A model generated the notes under the pieces. It was not told the origin of the DNA and ran no database searches. It saw only the letters and a program-made list of their open reading frames with translations. Shown here one piece after another: positions 40,553 to 54,800 of a stretch of DNA of 64,000 nucleotides. How positions within the stretch are numbered: the first letter of the stretch is position 1; each line of letters starts with the position of its first letter. Where the stretch lies: the NCBI GenBank assembly GCA_015680685.1, contig MNCI01003473.1, positions 13,293 to 77,292 on the forward strand, written 5' to 3'. Both the position numbers and the translations under genes were made by a program. This DNA is from Gnetum montanum (lineage: Eukaryota > Plantae > Gnetophyta).

Positions 40553-43170
40553 TCATGTGGATCCTAGTGATGGTGGCTCCTCCATGGGTCTCTTCCCCTT
40601 ATCTTGTGCTCTAGGTTTTGGACATGGATGTCTTTGAAGATGTGCTTGGAGTTTTTCTTCTTTGGTTCGGGGATCCTGTGCCATCCATGCTGATGCTCCA
40701 ATGTTTGATGGAGTTGGCACCTCCCATGGGCATGAAAATTTTGGGAACATCTGATTGGCCTTGACATACCAAGCTGCAAACAACCATCATTCCTCTTCAT
40801 AATATCTGGCTTTGTCCTTGCATTCTTGGTAGTCTATGAGTTGTCGAGCCAAATCCTTGGTAGCTGGTCTTGACCACCTCTAATTCATAATTTGCTACTT
40901 CTAATTTCTGCAATGTCTTCTTGTGTTCAACAAATTCTTTTTCATATTTAGTGTAAGTGGTTACTACCTGCTTCTTCAATTCTATTCTCGAGTGTCCTGC
41001 TATCAACATGGCTAAGTTGGCATAATGGGGCAATTTATAAGATGTGGTCATGTGATAAGGAGTTGACCCACTATGGCACCCATGATCGAAAGATGGTGTG
41101 CAAGGATCACTATGTCTTCTTACGTGGTTATATTCATTGGGCTGCATGGTTTTTGGAGTGTTGATTGATGGCCCTAATAAGGTAACAGGAGGTGTTGAGT
41201 TCAAGGGAGAAGATGCATCACAATGCTAGACTTGTGCTAAGTTGGTGGATGTAGTGGTTTCAAAGTCGTGCTATCTCTTTCTATGATCATGCCTAAAGAA
41301 AGGATTCTTTCAACATTGTGGAGGACCTCCACTGCTATTGATAGTAGTAGCACAAGTAACGTTTGTGGGTTGGTGCTATGGTGCAAAGCCTTTTGGCACA
41401 ACTAGTGGTGATATAGAAGGAGGTGAATGATGAGAATATGAAGGGCGAGGAGAAGTGCAAGGAACATGAGGTGGTGATCTTGTTGGAGAGGACATGGATC
41501 GATAGTACCTAGGAGAATGATAACAATGTGGTGAAATAGGGGGTGTTGACATAGTTGGCGAAATAGGATGCTGAACATAATAAGTGCTTAGGTTTGGATG
41601 GTATGAAGGGTGTGACCAATTTGATGGTGGCCTCCCCCATGACTAGGGTTTTTGCCACTGTGGTTGAACCTAGTATTTCTTTATGAAATCTAGATGTAAC
41701 ATTCCTTCCCAACGCTCATGTAAATGTGACAAGATTGGGCATTGGCCTTTTGGGTGATCATACAGGCCAATGTCACATTGATATGGGTGATTTGCAGTTG
41801 AGCTCTTATCCCTATTTTCTTCAAACCTTCTTTCCAATTGTCCCGTGGTGTCCTGTCCTATTTTTCAATTTGGCATGGTTCCATCTCTAATAATGTTAGT
41901 ATATTCTCTACATTTTTCATGTACCCATTCTGACATCTTATTGATCTTTTCCTTGATTTCATCTAGTGATTGTAGTATTGGCAAAGATGATTCCACCTCC
42001 TTGAGGTGAGTTGATTTCTCCTCTTCATGATCATGGACCTTTGCTATTTTGAAATTTTGGTCCTATTGAGAGCTTTCAACATTCTCCCATTTAGCTATTT
42101 CTCCCTCTTTTGCTACCTGCTTGATAAGCTCTTGGAATTAGTGGGTTCATAGCTCATATAGTTGACTTGGGGCATACATCCCTAGGGTCTCCCTTGTTTC
42201 ATTATGAAGCCCATCCATGATGTGATACATTAGCCTTTCCTTGGAGAACCCATGGCCTGGGCAATTGTTTAACAATGAATAGTATCTTTCTAAGGCCATG
42301 TCCAAGGGTTCATGTTGCCCTTGTTTCCACTCTTGTATTTTTCTCCTCAAGGCTGACACTCTTGCATAGGCTTGATATCTTTTAGTGAAGAGTTCTACCA
42401 TTGTTGGCCAATTGTGAATTGATTTTGGCTTTAAGGACATGTACCATACTTTTGCTTGGCCAATGAGTGTCATAGAAAAGAAGTTAAGTTTTTTCCACCC
42501 ATTATCAATATTTTTCCATACACAGGCATCATGGAAGGCTTGTAAATGATGTTACAGATCTAAATCATAACCTTCTAGAAACTTGGGAAAGTTATTTAAA
42601 TCAAGCCTAGGTAGACGGATTTCCTTGCAATGCCTACCAGATATTCAAACAGCCTCTTGTATATGCATTAGGCTCTTAGTGGCCAGAAGGGGTTCATCAT
42701 CACTAAGTAGGTTATGAATTTGTGAGTTGGGACAATGTTGTCTTTGTTCATGTTGGTGTTTCTAACTTTGCCCGTGGGCTCGATTTTTATTTCTATGTCG
42801 ATCCCTTGAGAGATGGTCATCCATGTCACGACCTAACGTTGAAGGAGTAGAGGAAGAGAAAGTACTAGAAGACTCTTCATGACTTTTGTAAGTCTCCCAA
42901 TCATCCCTAGATAAATTCCTGTTAACCATTGAGAAGGTCCTAGGCCTTACAGGCCCCCTTGTTCTATGGGATGTCCCATGCTCACTAGAGGTGTCAGAGT
43001 TGGATGACAAGAGTCCTTGAGTACTGTTGGGGTGTTCATGAACATAGGAGACCTCTACATAAGATTGAGTACTCCAAACTTTGTCTTCATCATTGTATAT
43101 TTTGTTGGTTCTCCAATGAATTACCTCACTAGTTGTTGTGTCATCACAGTCTTGTAAGAGAGACATTGTT
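40553..43170 (-). pseudogene. A3 gag, Pro/His-rich linker and C-terminal part of 3' extra ORF
   Basis: Gag MTLIGQAKVWY...SIHNWPTMVELF...NCPGHGF; 3' part YANLA...KGKRPMEEPP homologous to A5 62420-62900. Confidence 0.85.
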
Positions 43171-43298
43171 GTGAATTGTGTATGACTTATTTGCAATTAC
43201 TTTCTTTCTAAAATATATATCGTCAAGGCTTCGTTACAGTGATCTTGGATGATGTAACTAATCTAAATAACTAGCAGTGTCCCCGGTAGTGGCGCTAA

Positions 43299-44155
43299 TG
43301 ATGAGTGGTGAGGTACCCCTACACTCAACCATACGAATATGAGCATGTACGGATGATTCAATTGAACTCTGAAAATGCACTAATTGTGGTATCTAGATAG
43401 TTACACGTTGATCAAAATTTGTTGTCTTCCCACTTGGACTAGTATTTGCTTGTCATGTATGGTTTAGTCCAGATTGAGGTGAATGATGGGATCCTAACTA
43501 ATGCTACTCCTAGAGATGATGGAAAATAATCTTGACTTAAGCTAATAGGCAATAAAAAGTGAAATCTAAACTAGCCTAAGTATGATGAGCATCCATCCTT
43601 AATCATTCGTGTGCATCTTGGACCTTGTGTACTACTTCTAGGATTACTATTACTTGAGCACTCTTAGATACGCTACTGGATTACCAAGTAGTTACACTTA
43701 AATGTTCGTGATTAATTCGTACTCATTTCATGTTAATCAATAGGAAATGTAAATGACAATAAAGGAAATATGAACTAAAAAGACAACAATAAATAATTAA
43801 CAATTAAAGTAATTAAAAGCTAAGTGAATGCTACAATGATGAAGTAATCTCGATCTTTATTACCGATCATGTGCATGTCCAAGTACGTCACACTCGAACA
43901 AAGGTTCCGTACAATTACAATCATCACACTACTAGTATACAGTGGGGAAGGAACTAAAATTGACTAAAAACTAACAAAAAGACTCTACCCTTAGACTTAC
44001 CAACTCCCCTCTTTTTCCTGTGTGCTTGAATGTTGTATTTATAGGCCTACACAAGAATCACGATATCGTGTATTCGATATCATTATCTAGGCTGTGATAT
44101 TGTGTACTCAATATCAAGGATTTGATATTGGGGCCTGGCAAACCACAATTCATCA
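43299..44155 (-). repeat. A3 5' LTR
   Basis: TGATG..CATCA termini; CGATATCG cluster at 44060-44130. Confidence 0.93.
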
Positions 44156-44859
44156 ATCATGAAGGTGCAACCCATTGCGGCAGTAAGAAACCATGTGACC
44201 TTGATGCACCAAATTTATTTAGCTTATTTTTCTGTACCAAGAGTGCTTGTCTCACACAACCTTCATTACCCCTTTTAAGCTACAATCCCATAGCCCAATT
44301 ACAACCTTCCTTACCCTAAAACAATGATAATCTATGTTTGACATTCATGCACAGTGGCCATGTGGCATCTTCTTTGTCATGCTCCACCATTAATTTCATT
44401 GGATGTAACACATCTCATGTAATGAGAAAATCAAAATAATTTAGGCCTTGACGATGAAACCTAGTGAAATTTTTATGCCTTAAAAAAAGAAATAAAAAAT
44501 GATAAAGTAAATTACCAATGAAGCTCAAAAGTTAGATCAATGGATTCAAATACATAAAGGGAGAAGCCTAAAGGCCAAAGAAGCCTTGGAATGCAGTGTT
44601 GGTTCCTCGAAAACATTATCAAGTGACCAATACTTTGAAGAACAAAGCGTGAAGATCACATTAATTAGTAAGCATGTCACTGTCATACCATAATCATGAT
44701 GTTAACATTTGGAATTCTTTGTTAAACCATGTAACCATTCCCCAATAGCTAACATGACCCTTATCTCATCTCATTCCATCATAAGCTAATCTCATAATTA
44801 GAAGCACTCTTTAGCATGATTCGATAGGTACATAACCAAGCACAGAGAGGAAACATTAG

Positions 44860-46391
44860 TGATGGAGCTGTGGTGGTGTTTTGCATTCTTTTTTGATGTA
44901 TCTTGGTTTAATCCTCAAAACATCAATAAAGAGGGGCCAATGAAACACCATAAAGAAAATCCATGTTGAAGACCATGAGCAAAATCACTTGTAATTTGGT
45001 AAAAATAATGATAGATATAATTGCCTTATTTTTTCCAAATCAGGCATTGCAACCTTCATCATTGGAATTTAAGGCATAATTTTTATTATAAAATGTAAAA
45101 TTTGTAGTTTAAGAGTTGCAATCTCACACATCTTAACTTATGGAAGCTAAAAAATGCTTCATGAGTTGTAACTACCTTATCTCCTAGGTGGGAAAATCTA
45201 TATTTTGCATGTACCTAGGCTTGGGAAGGCTTAAAATGCCTTGCATATCACCAAATTTGGGATTTTCTTAGTTTTTATGCTAGCAATGATAGTTTTTATG
45301 CTAAAGCAACTTCAAAGCTAGAGTATAAATTTGGGCCTTCATTTTTATGCTAGACTCTCAATTTTTACGTTGGGTAATAATGAAGTTAATGTAAAAAGGC
45401 ATATAATTTTTCAAATCTAATAAATATTTTGGAGCAACTACAAAGCCAACATATAAATTTTGGATGAAGATTTCTATGTTGTACTTTCAATTTATGTTGG
45501 GTAGTAATGAAGATAGCGTAAAAAGGCATAAAAGTTTTCAAATTTAATAAATACACTAGGGTTGTATGACCTACAAATATAAAAGAATAATAGTAATCTA
45601 TTGGCAATCATGGTAGAGATTTGCAACAACAGATCAACCACCAAATGACTTGTATAAATTGAAGTTGACCACATCAATAGGACTTTTGGAAATTTTCATT
45701 TAGGCTAAACAAAAAAACTTTTAGAGCTATGCATATTAACTAGAAGTCCACAACCATTCCACCACCCATAATGTATATCTAGTGCTAGAGAGAGCAAAAA
45801 GCTTTAGGAGCAAAACTTGGAACTTTTGAAGAGCAAAGTTAACTATAGAACATACCATATCGGCTACATCAAACTCCAAGCATCTTTCATTTAGCTCTTT
45901 TTGCATTCAAAGTACATAAATTTGTACTAATATGAACTTCTTTTCTATAACCATTTTATTATTTTAATAAAAGTTGTAGTTTCATTTCTTTAGTGCCAAT
46001 TTGTTTTATTTTCTCTACTTCTAGATTTGCATTTTTCTATTTTTTTACCTGCATCATTTACAAATGTTAAGTCTTTGGGTAATAGATAAGATCATCCAAG
46101 GTGCTTCAAATCCCTTTCTCAAGGTCCATGGAATCTGAAGTTAAACTTTTTTGCTCTAAAATCTTTGGCCTTCTAGCACCAAAATTTTCAAGAGTTACAA
46201 GCAATCCTTTCATCAAGGAATTTGTTGATCTAAGTTTCATGTTACATCACAAGCTAATGACATGTGGGAACTCTAGGAAGAAATGAGAATCCAAAAGTAG
46301 AAGATCTAGTTCAACTAGCATGAACTCTTGTCTGTCCTATAGAGGGTGAGCTCTACCTTGATGGCATTACATAAGAGAGTGGTAAACATCA
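44860..46391 (+). repeat. Element C 3' LTR (~1.5 kb)
   Basis: Purine tract agagaggaaa precedes TGATGG, the segment ends at ggtaaaCATCA, and it contains the homolog of 16920-17540. Ends are inferred, with no TSD to confirm them. Confidence 0.6.
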
Positions 46392-46987
46392 AGCAGAATG
46401 TGCATCCACAGATCCATGATGATGATGATGGAGCTTAGCCATCTTATTTTAAGGAGGATATGAAAGTTTACTAAGGATATGAGGTTTGATCCTTTGAATT
46501 ATTTTGGTTGTGTTAGGGCATGTTAGGTTATTTTGTTATTTAAAAATAGGTTAAGTTTTGTACATGTTATGATTTTCATTGTTATGATATATGTATAATC
46601 TTGTGGTGTGGTGGACTTGGATGGTAGACATTTAATTTTTATGATTAAAGCATTAAGTTTTTCTTTATACTATGACCACTATTTGGATGAGGAGTAATAG
46701 AATTAAATGTTTTGTTTTAGTTTGGACACTACTTTTGACAATAGAAGTGAATTATAAACTTGTAATTTCTTTAGTAACATTTTTTTTATATTTATGTCTT
46801 GTAGTGATGAGAGTATTTCGAGTAGTGTATTGACCAAGATATTGAGTTACACTTTTGTGATTTGCTTACTTGATATTGGAGTTAATCGATGTAGCATATT
46901 TATTTATATATTTCATACATATGATTGACTTAGTTATATCTTTCACCTTTTTCAACTAGGTACTAGCCAAAGGCTAGTAGGAGGTTG

Positions 46988-47990
46988 TGATAAACCCCTT
47001 AATTGTCTTTCAATTTTGATGGAATTGATTAAAATTTTTATTTTTTATTATGTGATCTTATCAAAGTACACCGATTTTCATGGTGATATGTGATAAGTAT
47101 TAATCATTAGTTTGAAAGTTATGTTTCACAGGATATAGCAATTATGACTAGATCAATATGATATCATTTAGATAGAAAACCTTGATGAATTTCAAGGGAT
47201 GTGATATTGATATTCATCATGAAGATTATTTGAAATCAACTTAAATTTTATCAATTCCTATAGTGAGGATCGATATCGTCAGAGCTAAGATGATTTAGAG
47301 CCATTAGTAGAATGGAGATATCAATCCAAACCATGGTTGCGATATGTATTAATAAAAGAAGAAGCAGAAAGACATTGTGGCTACTATATAGATGGATAAG
47401 TGAAGATTGCTCTAGGAATAGTATCAATCCATATCAATTTCTACAATTTCAATTGATATAACCATTTTCCAAAATTAATTTGTGAACTTTTCAAGTATAA
47501 AAGGTACATCCTTACTTAGAGGAAGGGTAATAATTCATACCCCAAGGAAACCATGTCATTTTAAAGCAATTTCCCTATTTTTTGAAAGAACTATCAAAGG
47601 AGCTAGTTGAACTTTATGGTGACTAGCAACCATTAGAGTCCACCAATAGGTTGTTGAGGTTACTACAATATGAAGACAATGCGATAGAATTGTCAAATAG
47701 ATGATATCTTCCTTGTGCTTCTTAAAACTTATATTTGACATTTAATGACTTCAAAGTTGATTTAATCATTTTATTTCATTCTTGAACTTAAGTTAGAAGT
47801 TAGGATAAGAATTTATAATTTAACTTATAAGTGATAGTCATAAGTGTGGGATTTATTTAGAATTGAATTTAATTATTTTTTATCTTAATGATTTTTGTGA
47901 CTTTTAACTATTCCTCCATAAATATGACTCATGGGTTAGTCATAGAAAAGGTGACATTCCTACAATGAAGGTAATCTAGCACAAAATTTT
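46988..47990 (+). repeat. Element B 3' LTR, truncated
   Basis: tactagccaaaggctagtaggaggttg precedes TGATAAACCCC (Athila-like PPT context); homology to 5650-6180. Confidence 0.7.
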
Positions 47991-47994
47991 GGCT

Positions 47995-50900
47995 AGCTCA
48001 TCATCCATCCTCTTCATCACCCTTGTTAATAGATTCTAATAAGGTAGAATGTAGAAATGAGGAAAGAACACCTTAAATGAATCAAGATCAAGCACTTAAT
48101 AGGAAGATAATGAGAGATTATAATAGACACTTGGAAAGAAGAAGTCATTATGATGTAAATGAAAGTCAAAGAAATGAAGAAAGAGAAAGGGAATGAAGAC
48201 ATAAAAAAAGAGCTGAAGAAGAGCATTAAAGAGGTCATCACTACTATAATTGATATGATAAATTTGATGATTATGATAAACCCCTATTGGCTACAAGAAA
48301 TATGATTATTATTAATGAGACTATGCATATTTCAAAAAGGCATCAAAGAAAAAGTCACATCATATGGTCAAACATGAATAACATTTTTAAATTTAAAGGA
48401 GGTCATAATGCTAATCCTGAACACTACCTTCAAGTCTTTCATGATGTCTATGTCTCCCATAATATTGAGGATGATTAGTAGAAACTTAAGATATTCTCAA
48501 GAATGATAATCAAAAAAATAGATAGCTAGTATACATTGTTGGAACAAGAATTTATTCAAAGATGGAGTTAAATGCTAGAATTATTTAATGATACATACCA
48601 ATCATACTTAAGAAAATCCAACCTAAGAAAGAAAATTTAAGGATGAAACTAAGAAACTCATGAATCCCTCAATGTAGTAATGTGTAGCTACTATTCATTC
48701 TTACATCAAAGCCTAGAACATGAATTTTCTCAAAGAGAATAGTTAAGACACATAATTGATGGATTAAGAAACAAAACCAAAGATACTATTGGAGTCTATG
48801 ATTAAGAAAGATTATAAAAAATGAAAGCTCATCATGTACAAATGTTACTAGATCAAGTTTTTAAGAAATAAGGAGAACTAAGGAAAATAGAGTTTGCATA
48901 GGAATATAACAAAGAGCCTTCTCTTCAAAAGAGAGATGTTAGGGTATGTGAGACTTAAGTGGAAGAATCAATAAAAGATGTCATTTAAAGAAAGATCTTA
49001 TCAATTCAAAAATCTATTAATGAAATCACTAAAAGGGTCAAAAATATGTAAGATTCAATAAATGAAGCATCTGCAATTGCATTAAAGATTGTAGAGGATC
49101 AAAGGAAAAGATAGAATGAGAAGGAAGGAAATTGAAAAAAATAAATATAAGTATAAAGGAAAATTTACAATCATTGAAGAAATTATTGATTCCATTTTAG
49201 GAGATGAAAATGAATTTGATCTATATCAATATGAACATACTAAGGAGTGTTGTTTGTTAATGATCCATTTGCAAGAATTAAGGACACATGTATTAAATCC
49301 AAATTTTTTAAGAAAAATTGATGTCTAGAAGGTTATCTTATTCACAAGGTAACTAAAGACATCGTTATTGACAATAATAGTATTATCTTAGTAGGCCTTA
49401 TCCTCAATAATAAGAGAAATATCAATAGTAGTGGAAAAACCCATAATTATGGGGAATGTCACCACCAAGACAGTAGTATCCTTATAGATATTAGGACCCT
49501 TATGGTTACTATGTCTAGTAATCCATCTCCCTAGGGAATGCTTATGCTTATGCCTCCTACTACCATTTTCCTATAGAGTATCATAGCCCTATGACTCCAA
49601 ATGTAGAGTCACCTTCATACCTACCTCATCCCATAATAGATCACTCTCAACAACTTCCTAATCCACTACTACTAGGGTCATTAATAAATAAGTAAAAATC
49701 CAACAAGGGTCATTAATAAATAAGTAAAAATAATACTATTAATTTTGAACCTAGATTAAAGAAGTATCATTTCTTTAGGAAAAGCCTAAAAAAGGCTAGT
49801 AGAACTAGGATTTTTTCTTAATTAATAAGAAGAGACATGGCTATGACTCTTGCCACAATCTCTAACATTTCAAATCCCCCTATAGAACACATGCTTCAAA
49901 CAAGAGAGAGTAGATTTTTAGGGATATAAGAAGATTTGAAAATATTTTTTAGTTTTGTATATTTTTAGTAGCATAATATATCAGATGATGTAGGTAGTCC
50001 AACTAAGAAAACTAATTTTTTTCTAATTTTTGCAATCTAGATTAGTTTTGGGCTAATCTTGGGCTTTTTGAAAAGCTCATTCTATCATATAATAGCTTGT
50101 AAAATTTTAGATAAATTTGAATTTATTTGATAATTCAAATCTAGCTTGAAAAAGGGGTTTGAAATAAAATTGTTTAGTGTTCAAAATAAAAAACTATTGA
50201 TTTGCAAGATGAATATATTTACGATTTCATAGAGTTATAGAGTGAGTCAATACTTGATAGAAAGCTCTTTCAACAATCTACTTGCTTGAAAAATTTGAAA
50301 TTAATTTGAGTTAATTTAATAGCTAAAATATTTCACATAATAGTAGCCTTGAATGTCATTTTTCAATTTCTTTGATTAATGAGAATCGGTGAATAGGATG
50401 AACTAAGGATGGATAAACTTATAATAGGATAAAATATAAAATTGTTAATGGGTTATAGATGATAAATATGATATGGGATTATAAGATAAATAGGATATGG
50501 GATTATAATATAAATTGTAGAGTTTCTTTAGTGGGATCAATTGCTTCTATTACTTCCATTACAAACATGAGTTGCCCACATATTTGTAATCAAATAAGGG
50601 GTTCATAATAGACTATAACGGGACAAGCCTATTTTATGGAACATTGGATTAGAAATTTAAGAGACACAAGCGATTGGGAGCATTCTCTAATTACATCTAC
50701 CCATTAATATTTTAATAAAAAAATAATAGAATTTCCTATCTTGTCTTATGTGGCATAATAATTCAAATGTAAATTATGTGGCTTTGGTCCCTATTTTACA
50801 AAAAAGCTATTTTGATTTCACTTGATCTTTATCTTTTCTTGAAGATTGAACTTTTTCTTCATGTTTTCACTTATATTTGTTGTATCTCCATATGTAAATA

Positions 50901-51700
50901 TGGCCTTTTATTACTTTGAATTTGTACTTATTAAATTTATTTCATCTTGCTTTTTAATTGCAACATGAACATTTAAAATAAGTACAGTAAGAATTTCCAA
51001 AGTGCATACTAGAACCAAAAGATAGAATCAGAGTTTAATTAGTATCATGCTTACATAGAGTGTAATTTATTGGATTAAGACATGCATACTTCCCAAGAAG
51101 TAATAGATCTTGAAAGCCCTTGGATTTACTTGCAAATATCATGGAATGCTCCATGCAAAGCTCTTCCGAATTTAAGCTTAGGAGTAAATATTATTTCTTA
51201 AGACATGTACCAAGCCTAAAATATACCATCATTAAAGAAATATAATATTACGTTGGAGTTGCAAACCAATCTATTGTTGTCCCACTCAAACAAGTAGAAG
51301 ATGTTGTGACCACCATAAGTGACTGGTCATACCTTGTAAAATTTTTAGTAATTTATGTTGAATAAAATAAGGGAGATTTTCCAATCACAATGGAAAGAGC
51401 CTAGCTTAGTACAATCGATGCTAAGCTATGGATAAGAGATCTATCGTTGGAAATTTCCAAGGAATATGAAAAGGAAGTTGTACAATGGCAAAGAGTTCCA
51501 TGCATAATGTATAATGATAGGGGGTATAACTACAAGTAAAATGTATGGACTATTAAGAGGATAAATATATTGGCATGAAAAAATTGTGTAGAATATGTGT
51601 ATATAATATTTCTTGTATGTAAAAACCACAAAATAGGAAGGAACCTAGTGACTGATAACTAATAGAAAATATATACATGTTTGATTCTTGGACATCTTGG
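47995..51700 (+). pseudogene. Family A fragment A4: heavily decayed gag and protease with ~1.1-kb insert
   Basis: FKGGHNANPEHYLQVFHD gag motif; 51045-51700 is collinear with A2 33075-33720. Confidence 0.8.
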
Positions 51701-51889
51701 TAAGTATACATGTCTTATTATGCTTGAATAATATGGCTCTTAAGGTTTAAACCCTAGACTTTTCTCTTATTACATATTTAGAAATATTATTATTTTGTGT
51801 TTTCTTTCTTATTTTTTCTTAGTCTTCATTAATGATTAATGCCTCTTGTAAAGGACAAGTTGGAAGGTGGTGGTGGCCCATTGCTAGCA

Positions 51890-54800
51890 TTTTATTTATG
51901 TTTATTTTATATTTTATATTTTATATTATTATGTAATGAAATGAAATTACGCTTTATTATGTCTGAAGACCCATAGAATCTATTGGATAGATTATATTTT
52001 CATGAAAGATAGAGATAGACTTTACAAATTCATCAAGTACTAATGGGGGTATCAGAAACAAATCATACATGCTTTTTGCTATAACATTATAACATTAGCT
52101 CAAATGATTAGTCATAGCACAAGAAGGAAATACATGTAACCAATGTTCAAGGGCTCCTGATTTGCACAACCTACAAATGTGTTCTTCTCAAGGGAATTGA
52201 ACCCATCTTCTATTTTTAATTCTAAGATGATAAGAACTTAAGAAAAGCTTGCTAATTACATTCTAATACTTAATGGGAATAGCAAATGAGAGATAGTGAG
52301 CTTCTACATCTAGTTTATTAGAGTTAATGTAGTATAAATAAAATTACCTCTTGCCTTTGACATTAGCCCACATTAGTTTTAAAACCTTCTATTTGAATAG
52401 TTGATGAATATGCTTAGGATTTTACTGTATGTTCTCCAAGAGATATTCAATTTTCTCAACCATTGCATCCCCTAAAATACCAATTACACTCTCAAAAATC
52501 CAAAAATTACTTTAGAGAATTTATCTTATTTTAAGACATTCAAGCTTTAAGTGGATGTAATGAATTAGCATAAGGCTTCTACTACTAGAGGTAATAAATC
52601 ACATTCACATAATAACATTAAGTAATGTATTTGCATCTTTACCTTTAACTCACCAAAAATAAAATTTGTTTTTATATTCTTTCAAGATATATTTCCAAAG
52701 TTTAACACTGAGTTCATATCCCCAAACAACACACCCATACAATATAGTAGCATAGATGGCATTATGAAAATTTTGTTTTTTGAATTTCTAAGGCCAAAGA
52801 TCTAAATCCTTACACTTGTTTTTGAAATCATACAAAGTCTTAAAATATCTTACTATTTTTTCTTTGATGCACTTTTCCTACGTGTAATTCTTTATATAAA
52901 TGAGACCCAAATATTTAAAAGAATATGCTATTTGCATATTGGTACCCAAAAAAATGAAAGTTATAACAATTATTTCTTATACACCATATCACCAATTTGG
53001 TATTTGAAGACTATATGAATGAAAATAATTTTTAACAATTTACAACATAGTTTGCATACCTTCTATAACAATAGAGAATAAGGCAACATCATTTGCATAT
53101 GAAAGAAGATTCAATAATTGGGATATAATTTTGATCGTATGACTATCTTGCCTATTACACAATCATTCATGCATTTAATCAATAAAGATACCAAAGAGAG
53201 TTGGAAAAAGTGGACAGCCTTGCTTAAATTCAATTTTATTTTAAAAATGAAAATTTTTCTTTAAATTACTATTTGTAATTTCAATAACCACTTTCTCATA
53301 CAATCTCTAAGTTGCTACAACCAAATTTGAAGGGAGGCCGATTTTATGCAAGTGGAACCATAGTTTTGTATATATCACTAAATTATATGATTTTTCAAAA
53401 TTAATAAAAGAAATAAAATTTTTTTATTAGGTATGTTTAGAAATTTTTTATTAGTGTCTAAGAGTAACTAAGTAATTAATAGTAGAGTGATTTTATCTAA
53501 AACCTACTTGACATCTTACCCTAACCTAGTTACCTTTAGCCCAAGAATTGATTCTCTTTTCTAATAGAGTGTCCAATAAGTTAACAAGAATATTATTCAT
53601 AATGATCATTTGATAATTGTTCAAATTATTTTTATCCCTCTTTTTATATAATAAGATTGCTTTACTAGTTTTCAACTATTGATTTAATCCTTGCTTCATT
53701 TTTGAATTTAACTGATGCCAAATTTCTCTATGAATAGCATATCCTACCCACTTTAATAATTCTACATATAAACCATCTAAATCTATAGCTTTTCTAGATG
53801 CTTTCTTTTTAATACCATCTGTGACTTCCTCAAGAGTAAATTGAATAGGTGCTTATTGTAAAATAGTATTAAAATTATCATCTTGTCCTGTAAATATCTT
53901 ATTATAAAATGAACAAATATATTGAAAATAAAAATTAAATAATGAAGAAGCTTTATGATGAAAACATTGTTAAAACTGTTTAAGTTCCCTTTTAATGTTG
54001 TAAGCAAAATATTACAAATTTCTTTCATTTGGTTCTAATAAAGCATTTATATGCCTTAACTAAACTTTGTCTGTGATTCTTATTTGCATTCTTAATATTC
54101 TACCTAGCTTGCATGCAATCCTTATCAAACCTAGTCTTTTGAGCACCTTGTTATTTTGAATGCACAACTTGCTTAACTACCATAAGCAAAATTTTTTCAA
54201 GCTTCTTATGTCATCTTTCAAGAGCTCATTTGTTATGTGATACATTTATACATTTTTTCTTGACTACTAGGGTGGGTCTATACTGACATTTTTTTATTCT
54301 TATTTTTTATTGTCTAAGAAACAATTAAAATGTGTAATAAAAACACAACATGATGATGGAAAGACTCCACTAAATCTTTTCCAAGTTTTAACTTCTTTAT
54401 AAAATCAATATATTCATAAGAACATAAAAGCAAATCAATGCAAGAGTTACCTTGAGGTCCTATGAAAGTAAATGATGAGGGTCAAAGAAATTTAGCAATT
54501 CCATTGTAAATCAGAAGAACAAAATTTTTTATCCATTCTAATAGTTGTTAACCCATCTTATTAATAGTGCCATATACAAAATGTTGATTCAACTGTGATC
54601 TGTAACAATTCCCAACATTATGTTACAAATGAAAAATTTTTGTTTACTATGAACCTATCCTTGTATTAAAATCTCCAAAAATAAATATTGAGCCTTTTCC
54701 TCCAAATTCTATGATATCTTTGCCTAAGAATTAAAATGGATGATCATGAGACAACTCTATGGAACCATACAATGTAGAATCTCTTAGAGAAAATAGCATA

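Larger units (their letters stand above)
39506..44155 (-). mobile_element. Family A copy A3, complete pol-less (TR-GAG-like) element, 4650 bp
   Basis: LTRs 43299-44155 and 39506-40366, decayed Asp PBS 43279-43297, PPT-like tract 40369-40380, TSD ATCAC/ATCAT. Confidence 0.93.
16920..46391 (+). mobile_element. Tat/Ogre-type Ty3/gypsy element C (gag deleted; contains A2 and A3)
   Basis: Direct repeats 16920-17540 and 44940-45630. Tat-type protease, RT (YVDD), RH, additional archaeal-type RNase H and INT. 3' LTR TGATG..CATCA at 44860-46391. Confidence 0.75.
5637..47990 (+). mobile_element. Athila-type Ty3/gypsy element B (oldest layer, host of the nest)
   Basis: Direct-repeat LTR remnants (5650-6180 and 47458-47990), gag-pol 8450-13435, long spacer, env-like ORF split by element C, PPT-like tract before TGATAAACCCC at 46988. 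Confidence 0.7.
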
